Assembly (NCBI GenBank): GCA_029257435.1
Contig: JARIBI010000120.1
Span: 3,564-67,563, forward strand
From: Sporosarcina sp.
GTDB taxonomy: Bacteria > Bacillota > Bacilli > Bacillales_A > Planococcaceae
DNA length: 64,000 bases
Direction of reading: 5' to 3'
Below are positions 17,368-28,289 of this stretch, in pieces (the first letter of the stretch is position 1; the number at the start of each line of letters is the position of its first letter). The translations under genes and the position numbers were made by a program. The notes under the pieces were generated by a model. It did not search any database and was not told the DNA's origin. It saw nothing but the letters and a program-made list of their open reading frames with translations.

Positions 17368-18687
17368 TTACAGATTGTTTAAATTAGCTGCCTTTTCAAC
17401 AGCATCTGCTACGTTTTGATGAACATTCGGGTCCAATGGATGCGGGACGAGATCTCCATGTTTTGTCGAATCCAAAATCGCTAATGCTGCTGCAATGAGC
17501 ATATCATATGTAATTTTAGTCGTTTTCGCATTAAATGCACCGCGGAAAATCCCAGGGAATCCAAGTACATTATTCACGAGTCGTCCATCCGCTGCAAATG
17601 CAGCACCTGCTTCAAGCGCGACTTCCGGTTGAATTTCCGCATGAGGATTCGACAGAGCTAAAATAATTTGTCCTGGACGAACCATTTCAGGTTTGATCAA
17701 TCCTTGGACTCCAGTGGTGGCAATAACGATATCACTTGTTGCCATTATTTCTTCTAAGGATTCTGCCGTTGTACCGCCGTATTGAACAAGACGCTCCAGC
17801 GCTTGTTCATTCATATCGATGCCTCGCATCTTTTTAACCCCGTATGCCATCATCATTCGGCTGATAGCAAGTCCAGCTGCGCCTAATCCAATTTGACCGA
17901 CAACTGAGTCTTCCAACTTTACGCCTGCTTGACGGCAAGCAGAAAGAGTTGAAGCGAGTGCAACTACTGCTGTTCCATGCTGATCATCGTGCATGACAGG
18001 GATATTGAGCTCGGCTTTCAATCGTTCTTCGATTTCGAAGCAATGAGGCGATCCGATATCCTCTAAAAGGATCCCGCCAAATCCTTGATGAATATGCTTA
18101 ACAGTTTCAACAACCTGATCTGGATCACTTGTATCCAGTAATATAGGAATGCCGCTGATTCCCGCAAATTGATCGAACAGAACCGCTTTACCTTCCATTA
18201 CAGGCATGCCTGCTACAGGACCGATATTCCCTAATCCTAAAATAGCCGTTCCATCTGTAACGATGGCCACTGTATTCGAAATTCCTGTGAAATATTGTGC
18301 TTGTTGAGGGTCTTTTTCAATCACTTTACAAACGTTTGCAACTCCTGGTGTATAGACACGACGGAGATCACCCAGTGAACGAATCTCAACTTTGCTTTTC
18401 ATATGTATCTTTCCGCCTTCATGCGCACGCAGCACATCATCGGAAATGGCTTGTACTTGAATCCCATCACCAATTGCATTGATGGCTTCAACAATTTTGT
18501 CGAGTTGTTCAGCATCGTTACATTGGATCGAGACATCACGGATAGTAGACAGCGTGCCGACTTTTATAGTTTGAATGTCTCCTATATCACCTTCCAGCTG
18601 ACCAATTGCATAGGCTACTTTTGCGAAGTTACCAGGTTTAGATGGGGTTTCAATAATTAAGTTCCGTAAATAAGGTGTGCTTGTCAT
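17368..18687 (-). CDS. NAD(P)-dependent malic enzyme with N-terminal ACT domain
   Basis: ACT-like start ([14 protein letters not shown]...GDI); [40 protein letters not shown] and [12 protein letters not shown]. Confidence 0.92.
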   Translation of the reverse strand: MTSTPYLRNLIIETPSKPGNFAKVAYAIGQLEGDIGDIQTIKVGTLSTIRDVSIQCNDAEQLDKIVEAINAIGDGIQVQAISDDVLRAHEGGKIHMKSKVEIRSLGDLRRVYTPGVANVCKVIEKDPQQAQYFTGISNTVAIVTDGTAILGLGNIGPVAGMPVMEGKAVLFDQFAGISGIPILLDTSDPDQVVETVKHIHQGFGGILLEDIGSPHCFEIEERLKAELNIPVMHDDQHGTAVVALASTLSACRQAGVKLEDSVVGQIGLGAAGLAISRMMMAYGVKKMRGIDMNEQALERLVQYGGTTAESLEEIMATSDIVIATTGVQGLIKPEMVRPGQIILALSNPHAEIQPEVALEAGAAFAADGRLVNNVLGFPGIFRGAFNAKTTKITYDMLIAAALAILDSTKHGDLVPHPLDPNVHQNVADAVEKAANLNNL

Positions 18688-18817
18688 TCTAATTTCTCCT
18701 TTTTCCATATCAAATATTCACAGTTTAGTCACAAACCTATTTTACACATCGGCCATCCGTTGTTCAATGAAATAGAAAAAACAACGCGTCCTCCCTTAAT
18801 GGGTGACGCATTGTCAG

Positions 18818-18991
18818 TTACGCTTTAATATCTACTGCTGAACCTTTAAAAGGATGAGCGGTTTCAGGCATAGATTGCAGCATTTCAGTCGCTGCAGATG
18901 CATTTGCAGTCATTGCTTTGTCTAAAATCGTTAATTTCACTGTAGATTGAAGACTTCGCAATTGGCCAGCCATGATGGATGAAATATCCAA
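18818..18991 (-). CDS. YjfB-like small protein ('putative motility protein' family), 57 aa
   Basis: Absent from the ORF track. TTG start after GGAGAGGAG; MDISSIMAGQLRSLQSTVKLTILDKAM...HPFKGSAVDIKA; terminator at ~18777-18814. Confidence 0.7.
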   Translation of the reverse strand: MDISSIMAGQLRSLQSTVKLTILDKAMTANASAATEMLQSMPETAHPFKGSAVDIKA

Positions 18992-19051
18992 AACAATCAG
19001 CTCCTCTCCCCCTGTTTATCGGCACATCCAGCAGGTGATGAAGTTTTTTGC

Positions 19052-19501
19052 TTAATTGTTATCTTCCCCAAGGAATGCATTAAGCATCCATTGATGTTTT
19101 TCAATTCCTTGATAAATCGCGTTCAACAGATCTTCAGTCATGAAATCACCAGCATCGCCAGCTAATTTCATACCTGTTTTTAATGATTTCATTATCTCAT
19201 CAAAATCGGCTACGATTGTTGCTACCATCTGCTCGGCTTTTTCACTGCCGTCCGCTTCTTTTACAACTGATTCAGATAGATGCTGAGTCATGGTAGCAGT
19301 TGGTTTCCCACCAAGTGTCAGAACGCGCTCTGCAATTTCATCCATGTGCTGTGTCGCTTCGTCATAGAGTTCTTCAAATTTAGCGTGCAGTGTGAAGAAC
19401 TGCTTCCCTTTCACATACCAATGGTAGTTATGTAATTTTGTGTACATGACTGACCATGTAGATACTTGTGTGTTCAATTCTTTGATTAATTCTGCTGACA
19501 T
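19052..19501 (-). CDS. dps: Dps family DNA-protecting ferritin-like protein
   Basis: LHNYHWYVKG..FF.LH.KFEELY and DEIAER ferroxidase motifs. Confidence 0.96.
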   Translation of the reverse strand: MSAELIKELNTQVSTWSVMYTKLHNYHWYVKGKQFFTLHAKFEELYDEATQHMDEIAERVLTLGGKPTATMTQHLSESVVKEADGSEKAEQMVATIVADFDEIMKSLKTGMKLAGDAGDFMTEDLLNAIYQGIEKHQWMLNAFLGEDNN

Positions 19502-19553
19502 AAAAAAACGACCTCTTTTCCAATAATTTTATCGAATACGTCTCTCTGTTATT

Positions 19554-19579
19554 TTACCACATAACGGTATAAACTAAAC
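19554..19579 (-). promoter_or_regulatory. SigB-like promoter of dps
   Basis: GTTTAG-N14-TGGTAA; dps is SigB-dependent in B. subtilis. Confidence 0.55.
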
Positions 19580-19605
19580 GTATATTAAAATTAGGAGCGG
19601 TTTAC

Positions 19606-19836
19606 ATGAAAAAGCTTGTTTTGTTGCTCATTCGCTTTTATCAAAAAATGATTTCTCCCCTTACACCGCCCTCTTGCAGATTCTATCCGACTTGCTCGCA
19701 TTATGGAGTAGAAGCGGTGGAGACGCATGGTGTCATGAAGGGATTATGGCTGACAATTGTCCGTATTTCCAAATGTCATCCTTTTCATAAAGGTGGATTT
19801 GACCCTGTCCCAGCTAAGAAAGAAAAAGTCAAATAA
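19606..19836 (+). CDS. yidD: Membrane protein insertion efficiency factor YidD (YtjA)
   Basis: [32 protein letters not shown]. Confidence 0.95.
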   Translation: MKKLVLLLIRFYQKMISPLTPPSCRFYPTCSHYGVEAVETHGVMKGLWLTIVRISKCHPFHKGGFDPVPAKKEKVK

Positions 19837-19889
19837 CTCTTTCAGTTGTCAAGTACTTCTCCTTCTAGTATGATAGGGAAGTACTTTTT

Positions 19890-19910
19890 AAATCGTAATG
19901 ATTACGTATT
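19890..19910 (+). promoter_or_regulatory. Zur box
   Basis: AAATCGTAATGATTACGTATT versus Bacillus consensus AAATCGTAATnATTACGATTT, directly upstream of a Zn-binding lipoprotein gene. Confidence 0.85.
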
Positions 19911-19925
19911 GGAGGATTTAGGTAA

Positions 19926-20897
19926 ATGACACGAAAACGAATTTTAATTGGGCTTCTCCTTTTGACGCTCATACTTGGAGCATGTGAAAAAAAGAATACC
20001 GCTGAGAAAAGTAAGTCAGACGATGGAAAACTCGACGTATATACGACGGTTTACCCCTTGCAATACTTTGCAGAACGAATTGGCGGCGACACAGTTTCTG
20101 TAAAATCGATCTATCCGGCAGGAACTGATGAACATACATTCGATCCAACCCAAAAAGAAATGATGAAACTGGCAGACGCTGATTTGTTTTTCTATGTGGG
20201 GCTAGGACTTGAAGGTTTTGTCGAAAATGCAGAAAAGACATTAAAGAATCAGCATGTCAAACTGCTTTCAACAGGTGACCATATCGACCCGTCTAAGCTG
20301 ATGGAAGGTCATCCCCATGAGGCAGATGAGGAAGAACACGGGCACGATCATGAAGACGAACTCCATTCTGAAGGTCACATGGATCCGCACGTTTGGATTT
20401 CTCCTGTCCTTAGCTTAGATTTAGCAACATCGGTTCGCGACGGACTCATCGACCAAGCTCCTGAAAATACACAAGTGTATGAGGAAAATTTTGAAGCGCT
20501 GAAAAGTGAGTTAGAAGCATTGGATAAGGAATTTTCTGCGATGGCTGATCAAGCGTCTTCCAAGACATTCTTTGTGTCACATGCAGCTTTCGGCTATCTT
20601 GCACACCAATATGGGTTAGAACAAATTTCCATTGCGGGACTCAATACTCAAAATGAGCCGTCACAAAAAGAACTCGCGCATATTGTAGAAGAAGCGAAAG
20701 AAAAGAAAGTGAAAACGATTCTTTTTGAACAGAATGTGAGTTCCAAACTGACCAAAGTCGTTCAAAATGAGATTGGGGCAGATTCAGCTATTCTTCATAA
20801 CTTGTCTGTTTTGACAAAAGAGGATCTTGCAAACAAAGAAGATTATTTCTCGTTGATGAAACGCAATATAAACGTATTATCTGAAGCACTGAATTAA
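19926..20897 (+). CDS. znuA: Zinc ABC transporter substrate-binding lipoprotein (ZnuA/AdcA-like)
   Basis: Lipobox LGAC, DEHTFDP, His/Glu-rich loop, DPHVWISP and SHAAFGY. Confidence 0.9.
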   Translation: MTRKRILIGLLLLTLILGACEKKNTAEKSKSDDGKLDVYTTVYPLQYFAERIGGDTVSVKSIYPAGTDEHTFDPTQKEMMKLADADLFFYVGLGLEGFVENAEKTLKNQHVKLLSTGDHIDPSKLMEGHPHEADEEEHGHDHEDELHSEGHMDPHVWISPVLSLDLATSVRDGLIDQAPENTQVYEENFEALKSELEALDKEFSAMADQASSKTFFVSHAAFGYLAHQYGLEQISIAGLNTQNEPSQKELAHIVEEAKEKKVKTILFEQNVSSKLTKVVQNEIGADSAILHNLSVLTKEDLANKEDYFSLMKRNINVLSEALN

Positions 20898-20951
20898 TTG
20901 GCTGGAGGCGGAAAGGATGGGTTATCCCTTTCTCCTCCGGCTTTTTTTATT

Positions 20952-22400
20952 TTATTTATCCGCAGATAACATGTCACGAAGTTCTTTACGCAATAGTTTG
21001 TTGGAGGCATTGCGAGGCAATTCATCCACGAAGTGAAATGACTTTGGCAATTTGTAAGATGCCAGACGCGTTTGGCAAAATTCCTTTAGACTTTCCGCTT
21101 CTATAGGTGACCGCGTCACAACGAACGCTGCGGGAATTGCCCCCCATTCGGCACTTGGCATTGCACACACTCCCGCTTCTAAGACTTGTGGATGTTCTGC
21201 GAGCACTGCTTCAATCTCTGCAGGATAGATGTTTTCCCCGCCTGATATGATTAAATCTGAACGTCGATCCGCGACAAACAAAAAGCCTTCATCGTCGAAA
21301 TACCCAATATCTCCTGAATGGAGCCACCCCTCTTGCAAAGCTTCAGCAGTTGAGTGCTTTCCTATATATCCTTTTGTCACGTGCGGTCCTTTAATGAGGA
21401 TTTCTCCTCTATCAAACGGTTCAGCTGCACCGTCAATGTGGATATCTGTGAAGAATAGCGGTTTACCTGCTGATCCAGGTTTCCGCAATGCATCTTCGGC
21501 AGATAACGTCGCCGTCTGTGAGCTTGTTTCTGTCATGCCATACGTTTGCAATACAGGAAGTCCGCATTGTTCAGCCCGCTTTAAATAGCTGATAGGGACC
21601 GGGCCTCCACCTGCAAGCAGTGTACGGAACTTTGGATGTACAGTTAGGTTATTAGTTTCAATGACCGTCAGTAACCGCTCGAGTGTTACAGCGACAACAG
21701 ACATTCCAGACACGCGCCCAGTCGTAATTTCTTCAGCGGCTGTAGCGGCGTCAAACTTTTCAAATAACCTCACTTCAGAGCCATATAAAACGGCTCTTGC
21801 TAATATGGAGAAGCCGCTTATATGAAATAGTGGCATCATATGAAGCCATGCATCTCCAGCGTGCAATCCGCTGTTCAACACCGCAGAGAGCGCACTCGAT
21901 GTATGATTTCCCGCTGTTTGACGGACGCCTTTTGGAAATCCTGTTGTTCCCGAAGTATACATAATCGTCAGCGTACGATCTTCTTCCCACATCTGCTCCA
22001 GTTGCATGGGTTCCCCCTCCAGCTGAAGAAATTCATCATACACAATACTCCGGCAAACTCGCTGCGCGGCTTGGTTGCGAAAAGATTCTTCACATACGAG
22101 CAGTTCCGATTCAGAATCACGCAGCTGATACTCGATTTCTTCGGACGTCAATCTTGCATTCAGCATGACCATTTCTACTCCAGCGAGCAGACAGCCATGG
22201 ATGAGCAGCGCCATTTCTGCAGACGTTCCTCCAAGTAATGCAATTCGGCTTCCGCGTTCAAGACCAAGAGCTCGGAGTTTTCCGGCTCTGTCTACGGCCT
22301 CTTCTTTCATTTGAAGATACGACCATGTTTGTCTTTGAAAGGTCAATGCAGGCGCATGCGGTGTCAATGCTGCGCGTTTCAATAACCAGTTAGGAATCAT
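20952..22400 (-). CDS. menE: O-succinylbenzoate-CoA ligase
   Basis: AMP-binding YTSGTTGFPKG, YGMTET and ISGGENIYPAEIE; located in the men cluster. Confidence 0.95.
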   Translation of the reverse strand: MIPNWLLKRAALTPHAPALTFQRQTWSYLQMKEEAVDRAGKLRALGLERGSRIALLGGTSAEMALLIHGCLLAGVEMVMLNARLTSEEIEYQLRDSESELLVCEESFRNQAAQRVCRSIVYDEFLQLEGEPMQLEQMWEEDRTLTIMYTSGTTGFPKGVRQTAGNHTSSALSAVLNSGLHAGDAWLHMMPLFHISGFSILARAVLYGSEVRLFEKFDAATAAEEITTGRVSGMSVVAVTLERLLTVIETNNLTVHPKFRTLLAGGGPVPISYLKRAEQCGLPVLQTYGMTETSSQTATLSAEDALRKPGSAGKPLFFTDIHIDGAAEPFDRGEILIKGPHVTKGYIGKHSTAEALQEGWLHSGDIGYFDDEGFLFVADRRSDLIISGGENIYPAEIEAVLAEHPQVLEAGVCAMPSAEWGAIPAAFVVTRSPIEAESLKEFCQTRLASYKLPKSFHFVDELPRNASNKLLRKELRDMLSADK

Positions 22401-22463
22401 CGCTGGCCCTCCTTTTCATAAAGAAAAAACTGCCCAATAGGCAGTCTTTTCGTCTTGTACTCA

Positions 22464-23282
22464 TTAAGGGAATCGTGGGAACTGACCGAAGTCCGGCTTG
22501 CGCTTTTCTTTGAACGCATCGCGGCCTTCTTTTGCTTCGTCTGAAGTATAGTACAACAGTGTAGCGTCACCAGCCAATTGCTGAAGACCTGCAAGGCCGT
22601 CTGTGTCCGCATTCATCGCTGCTTTTACGAAACGAAGTGCAGTCGGACTCATTGCCAGCATTTCTTCACACCATTGAACAGTTTCATCTTCCAGCTGCTC
22701 ATAAGGGACAACCGTGTTGACAAGTCCCATATCCAACGCTTCTTGTGCATTATACTGGCGGCACAAGTACCAAATTTCGCGCGCTTTTTTGTGTCCGATA
22801 ATACGTGCTAGATATCCTGAACCGTAACCTGCATCAAACGAACCGACTTTAGGGCCCGTTTGGCCAAAGATCGCATTGTCCGCAGCAATCGTTAAATCAC
22901 AAACAACGTGAAGGACGTGCCCGCCGCCAATAGCGAAACCAGATACCATTGCGACAACTGGCTTTGGAATAACACGAATTAGGCGCTGAAGATCGAGAAC
23001 GTTCAAACGTGGAATCTCGTCGTCTCCTACATATCCGCCATGACCGCGTACTTTCTGGTCTCCGCCAGAACAGAACGCTTTTTCGCCTTCACCTGTTAGA
23101 ACGATGACTCCGATACTTTCGTCGTCACGTGCGCGAGAGAAAGCATCAATCATTTCCATTACCGTTTTTGGACGGAATGCATTGCGCACTTCTGGACGAT
23201 TGATCGTCACTTTAGCAATACCATTGTACTTCTCATACTTAATGTCTTCATATGTATGAAGTGTTTCCCATTGTCTTGTCAT
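22464..23282 (-). CDS. menB: 1,4-dihydroxy-2-naphthoyl-CoA synthase
   Basis: [24 protein letters not shown]. Confidence 0.98.
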   Translation of the reverse strand: MTRQWETLHTYEDIKYEKYNGIAKVTINRPEVRNAFRPKTVMEMIDAFSRARDDESIGVIVLTGEGEKAFCSGGDQKVRGHGGYVGDDEIPRLNVLDLQRLIRVIPKPVVAMVSGFAIGGGHVLHVVCDLTIAADNAIFGQTGPKVGSFDAGYGSGYLARIIGHKKAREIWYLCRQYNAQEALDMGLVNTVVPYEQLEDETVQWCEEMLAMSPTALRFVKAAMNADTDGLAGLQQLAGDATLLYYTSDEAKEGRDAFKEKRKPDFGQFPRFP

Positions 23283-23299
23283 GGTTTTCCTCCTAGAAA

Positions 23300-24124
23300 T
23301 CATTTTTGTTTTACAATCCCATCTATTATTGTAGCAAATTCTTCAGGTTTTTCCACGTGGATTGCATGGCCTGCGTTTTCCACAGAGAAATGGCTGACCT
23401 CCGGAAGCAAATTCTTCATCTCCAAAGCGATGTTTTCAAACTTTGAATCGAGGGATCCTGTAATAAGATCCACGGGATACAGCTGCTCAGAAAGGACATT
23501 CCAATAAGACGGCTGGCTACCTGTACCGATACCAATAAGACTATTTGCAAGTCCCTTTGGGTCCTGACTCAGCCGTTCTTTACGCACAGCTTCTATTTGC
23601 TCTGCAGACATGGACTTCTGCGATTCGAACAACGCTAGGTTCTCCCAAAAGTCCACAAAATCTTCAAAGGGTTCCTGCAAAAGACGATTCGCTAATTTAG
23701 CATCTCCCTGCCTGCGTTCAAAACGATCTGCTTCCGTTTTAAGGCCCGGAGAAGCACTTTCGAGCACGAGTCTTTGAATCCTCTCAGGATAAGATGTCGC
23801 GTATCCTAATGCCGTTCGTCCGCCCATCGAATAACCGACCAAGATGAAGGATTGGAGTTCCAACTCCTGAAATAATTGCTCAAGATCTCGAGTCTGATTC
23901 TCCATCGAATAATCAGAACTATTTTCTGGTTTGTCCGAACGCCCATGGCCCCACAAGTCGATGGCGACGGTATGGGCCTTCTCTTCCATAAGTGAAACAA
24001 TTGTATTCCACGTGTCCAGGCTTCCCGTAAATCCATGAAGGAATACTAGAACAGGCAGAGAAGGCTCACCCTTCCGCTGCACATGCATCGAATGCCCATT
24101 GACTGTAATCCACTCAGAACCCAT
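23300..24124 (-). CDS. menH: SHCHC synthase
   Basis: [15 protein letters not shown] and AGHAIHVE; between menD and menB. Confidence 0.92.
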   Translation of the reverse strand: MGSEWITVNGHSMHVQRKGEPSLPVLVFLHGFTGSLDTWNTIVSLMEEKAHTVAIDLWGHGRSDKPENSSDYSMENQTRDLEQLFQELELQSFILVGYSMGGRTALGYATSYPERIQRLVLESASPGLKTEADRFERRQGDAKLANRLLQEPFEDFVDFWENLALFESQKSMSAEQIEAVRKERLSQDPKGLANSLIGIGTGSQPSYWNVLSEQLYPVDLITGSLDSKFENIALEMKNLLPEVSHFSVENAGHAIHVEKPEEFATIIDGIVKQK

Positions 24125-25832
24125 TACAGCCGAGCTCCTCTCCGATCGCAGTCCACAATTCACGATGTGCTTGCACATTTTGTTCGCGAATTGAAATCAT
24201 CTCAATGATCCGAAGTGGAGCTGTTTTTTCTTCGGCTAATTGACCTTCCAGCTCTTTTATCGATGAAACCGAACTGTATTGAATGCCATACATCTCAGCA
24301 AGCAGTGCAAATGACAAGCCAGTTGGCGTCCCAAAAAGCTGTTCAAAATGATTGGGGATCGTTGATTGAGGCAAGTAAGAGAAAATCCCGCCCCCGTCAT
24401 TGTTACTCACCATAATTGTTAAATCCATCGTCTGCATGCGAGAAATTAGTAACCCATTCACATCATGCATGAACGACAAATCTCCTATTAAAAGCCAAGA
24501 CGGACGTTTCCGTGCAGTTTGAATACCTAAAGCAGTTGAGACGACTCCGTCAATTCCGTTAGCACCGCGGTTGGAGAAAATTGCAATATCCCGCTCCGTA
24601 TTACGAAAATACGTGTCCAAGTCCCGAATCGGCATACTGCTTCCGCTGATCAAATCGCTTCCGTCCGGTAACGAGGTGAGTAATGTACGAACGTAGTCAC
24701 CTTCATGAACCTGTTCACTCCGATGGCTTTCGGTTAATTGTGCAGCGATTTCATTCGCTTTGCGCCACAGCTCCGTATACGATGCGTCTTGATGTGCATC
24801 GGCTTCAACTGAAAGTATATCCATCGCATTCACTTGCAAGTGATGCGTAGCAATACCTAGCGGATCACGGAAAATCGGGGATTCATCTGCAACGATGAAT
24901 GTTTTCGGACGAAACTTCTTCAAAAATAGTGTTAACGGTTTAGATACAGGCTGCGGTCCGATGCGAATAACGATGTCAGTTTCAGCTTGAGCTGCAAAGG
25001 ATGCGTTTTTCAGCAGCGCATCATACGAGTCAATACATAAATGGCGGCTATCATCTGGAACTTCTGATCGCAGATTGGATAATGGATCGCAAAGTACTGG
25101 CCAATTCATGCTCTTAGCAAATGACCAAACTTGGTTTTTATCAAAACCAGGAAGGCATTCCCCCATCACAAGTACTCCCCGCTTTGCAGAACTGATGAGG
25201 TTACTCACTTGGTTCTTTTGTTCAGTCGTCAGTGTTGTTTCACCGGAAATTCGTTCTATAAACGTTACCTTCGGATATTCTTGTTCGAAGTCGATGAGCA
25301 ATGGCTCTCTAAATGGTGCATTAATATGAACAGGTCCTTTTGGTTCCGATACCGACATTCCAACAGCACGAGCGATTTGCCTGTCTAAATAGTCATCGAC
25401 TGCAGCCGAATCTTCCGGTATGGGAAGATCCACATCATATTTAACGTGAGTACCGAACATGCCCATTTGACGAATCGCCTGCGGAGCCCCCACATCGCGT
25501 AACTCGTGCGGCCGATCTGCGGTAATTACAATTAGCGGAACTCGGGCATAATACGCTTCTGTTACAGCTGGATGATAATTAGACGCTGCGGTCCCTGAAG
25601 TACATAACAAAACGACAGGCTGCTGCGTTGCTTTCGCTAACCCAAGTGCAAAAAATCCAGCAGAGCGTTCATCTACGTGTAAATGGGACTCCACCTGTTC
25701 CGTAGAAGCCAGTGCATACGCAAGTGGAGTCGAACGCGATCCCGGACTAATGACGGCGTGAGCGACACCCAATTGAACTAAACTCACAGCCATTCTTCTC
25801 ACATGGTTTGTCAGCGTTTTGCGATTATCCAT
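24114..25832 (-). CDS. menD: SEPHCHC synthase
   Basis: SPGSRSTPL, DERSAGFFALG, NRGANGIDG and GDLSFMHD ThDP motif. Confidence 0.97.
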   Translation of the reverse strand: MDNRKTLTNHVRRMAVSLVQLGVAHAVISPGSRSTPLAYALASTEQVESHLHVDERSAGFFALGLAKATQQPVVLLCTSGTAASNYHPAVTEAYYARVPLIVITADRPHELRDVGAPQAIRQMGMFGTHVKYDVDLPIPEDSAAVDDYLDRQIARAVGMSVSEPKGPVHINAPFREPLLIDFEQEYPKVTFIERISGETTLTTEQKNQVSNLISSAKRGVLVMGECLPGFDKNQVWSFAKSMNWPVLCDPLSNLRSEVPDDSRHLCIDSYDALLKNASFAAQAETDIVIRIGPQPVSKPLTLFLKKFRPKTFIVADESPIFRDPLGIATHHLQVNAMDILSVEADAHQDASYTELWRKANEIAAQLTESHRSEQVHEGDYVRTLLTSLPDGSDLISGSSMPIRDLDTYFRNTERDIAIFSNRGANGIDGVVSTALGIQTARKRPSWLLIGDLSFMHDVNGLLISRMQTMDLTIMVSNNDGGGIFSYLPQSTIPNHFEQLFGTPTGLSFALLAEMYGIQYSSVSSIKELEGQLAEEKTAPLRIIEMISIREQNVQAHRELWTAIGEELGCNGF

Positions 25833-27213
25833 TTAGCGAACCTCCAAGTGCCCGTAACATCGGTCTGAATTTCACCCAAGTCTCATCATATTCCTGACTG
25901 GGTTCTGAGTCTGCGACAATGCCTCCACCGGCGTATAACCATGCTTTGTCCTGATCTAATAATGATGAACGTATCGCAACTGCAAATTCACCGTTACCCG
26001 ATGTATCTGTCCAGCCTACAGGTGCAGCATAATAGCCGCGGTCGAGGTCTTCTTCCTGACGAATCAATTCCATTGCCACAGGTGTGGGAACTCCTCCTAA
26101 AGCAGGTGTCGGATGAAGTGCTTTCACGAATTGGAAGATACTGCTTTCAGCACCTAATTGCCCCTGAACAGGTGTGTGCAAATGTTGGATATCTCGCACT
26201 TTCATTAACTTAGGTTTCGCTGCAGCGGTATAGGAAGCACAAAGCGAGTCAAAAACACCTGTAATCATGTCGACTACATATTGGTGTTCTTCCTGATTTT
26301 TTTTATCTCCCAGAAGCTCGTTTCCGAACTGCTGATCCTCATCGGCACTGCTTCCCCGTTTGATGGAACCTGCCACACAGGCAGAAAAGGCTTGTCCGTC
26401 TTTTATTTCGATCAATCGTTCAGGAGTTGCACCGAAAAAGAACTGGCTCCCATTTTCAAGTCCGAAATTATAGCTGTCACGCTGCTCGTTGGAAATGGAT
26501 TGAAGAGCAGCTGCTGGTTGGATCGGCTGCTCAAATTGCAATGCTAACTTTCGTGCAATGACAACCTTTTCAGCTTCCCCCATTTGGATCTTCTCTGTAA
26601 TTTGTTTAACAGCCTTCAAGTACTGTTCTTTACGCAGCTCTTTCATTGAGCAGAGCGATGGTTTTTCAGAGGATACAGATTCTTGCACTTGTGCCATGTG
26701 GATCAATTGGTCCCGTTGTTTTCGCAGTGCTTCAAACTGCAGAACGGTTTCTGAGTCTTCTGAGACAAAATTGATCGCAACTAATGTTTTCCCATTTTCA
26801 ATCTTCAACTGGAAAGCAGGCACAGCAAAAAGAGCATTCGGGAAATCTTCCCATTCAGAATGCATGGATGAGCGTTTTTCATCAAAAGAAAACCCGCCAA
26901 ACAATACAGGATCCATATCTTTGTCTTCTTTAATTAGTGCGTCACAATAATGTTTCCATTTAGATTCAATCGTATCATAGCGATTGGTTCCAGCTTCATC
27001 AGTTAACGTTAATGCTTGTCCAATTCCGACCAGCGTCATTGTTTTAGATGCGTTTTCCCAATAAAAACGATGAGAATCATGGATAAACGCCCCTGCCTCA
27101 AAAAAAGACAGCGGTGATATTCCGCCCGCCTCAATTGTTTCTGTAAAGAAGCGGACATCCGGCATAGCTGCCGTTTTTTCCCGGCTAGGCAAGTCCGTAA
27201 GCTTCCGATTCAT
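25825..27213 (-). CDS. menF: Isochorismate synthase
   Basis: GATPERL, LHPTPALGG, AIRS and YAGGGIV motifs. Confidence 0.93.
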   Translation of the reverse strand: MNRKLTDLPSREKTAAMPDVRFFTETIEAGGISPLSFFEAGAFIHDSHRFYWENASKTMTLVGIGQALTLTDEAGTNRYDTIESKWKHYCDALIKEDKDMDPVLFGGFSFDEKRSSMHSEWEDFPNALFAVPAFQLKIENGKTLVAINFVSEDSETVLQFEALRKQRDQLIHMAQVQESVSSEKPSLCSMKELRKEQYLKAVKQITEKIQMGEAEKVVIARKLALQFEQPIQPAAALQSISNEQRDSYNFGLENGSQFFFGATPERLIEIKDGQAFSACVAGSIKRGSSADEDQQFGNELLGDKKNQEEHQYVVDMITGVFDSLCASYTAAAKPKLMKVRDIQHLHTPVQGQLGAESSIFQFVKALHPTPALGGVPTPVAMELIRQEEDLDRGYYAAPVGWTDTSGNGEFAVAIRSSLLDQDKAWLYAGGGIVADSEPSQEYDETWVKFRPMLRALGGSLNG

Positions 27214-27371
27214 AGTATTCTCTCCTCATGTGGCAAATTCTTAGTGCCAATATCTACTTCCATTATAGCGGAAATCAGGTGGCTGCGCATTTTTAAGAAC
27301 CTGAAGGATTCCGTAATTGTGCTGAATAGAGTACAATAAGACTTGCATGTTTAAAAGAAGGAGAGAAAGAA

Positions 27372-28289
27372 ATGCACGAAACAATTAAAGTAGAAACAGG
27401 CTGGAGAATGTGGTGGCAGCTAACTCGTCCGCACACGTTAACTGCGGCTTTTGCACCTGTGTTCCTTGGTACAATGCTTGCTTTGCCTTTCGGGAAACTG
27501 GACTTCTTATTATTCGCCGCAATGTTACTCGCAAGTGTATTCATTCAAATGGCGACGAATATGTTTAATGAGTATTACGATTTTAAGCGTGGACTCGATA
27601 CAGAAGACTCTGTCGGCATAGGTGGAACAATCGTACGGAATAAAGTGAATCCGAAAACCATTTTAAACTTGGCACTTTGCTTATACGGTATTTCGGTTCT
27701 CTTAGGTATCTATATTTGCATGCAGACCTCTTGGTGGCTTGCAGCAGTCGGCCTGATATCTATGGCAATCGGATACTTCTATACAGGCGGTCCTTACCCA
27801 ATCGCCTATACACCGCTCGGCGAACTGTTCTCTGGCGTCGTCATGGGAATGCTATTAGTCCTTATCGCATTCTACATCCAGACAGGAACCGTATCAGAAC
27901 GCTCAGTCTTATTGTCGATTCCAAGTGTCCTACTGGTGGCTGCGATTATGATGGCGAACAACATCCGTGATTTGGAGGGCGATAAGCTCGGCGGCAGAAA
28001 AACACTTGCGATTTTGTTAGGACGTGCAAATGCAATTCGCATTCAAACCGGATTCTTTATCCTCGCGTTTGCTTGGATTATTGCCCTTGTACTTTTTGGC
28101 GGACTTACCCCATGGAGTCTTCTTGTAATTCTTTGTGTAAAGAAACCAATTAACGCGATTAAAATCTTCAGGAAATTTGAGCTACCTTTGCAAGTTATGC
28201 CTGCAATGAAATACACAGCTCAAACGAATACGTTCTTCTCCCTGCTGCTTGCGATCGGATTACTGATTGGGCATCTTACCACAAACTAA
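27372..28289 (+). CDS. menA: 1,4-dihydroxy-2-naphthoate polyprenyltransferase
   Basis: RPHTLTAAF.PV, NEYYDFKRGLD and NNIRD...D..GGRKTL UbiA-family motifs. Confidence 0.95.
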   Translation: MHETIKVETGWRMWWQLTRPHTLTAAFAPVFLGTMLALPFGKLDFLLFAAMLLASVFIQMATNMFNEYYDFKRGLDTEDSVGIGGTIVRNKVNPKTILNLALCLYGISVLLGIYICMQTSWWLAAVGLISMAIGYFYTGGPYPIAYTPLGELFSGVVMGMLLVLIAFYIQTGTVSERSVLLSIPSVLLVAAIMMANNIRDLEGDKLGGRKTLAILLGRANAIRIQTGFFILAFAWIIALVLFGGLTPWSLLVILCVKKPINAIKIFRKFELPLQVMPAMKYTAQTNTFFSLLLAIGLLIGHLTTN

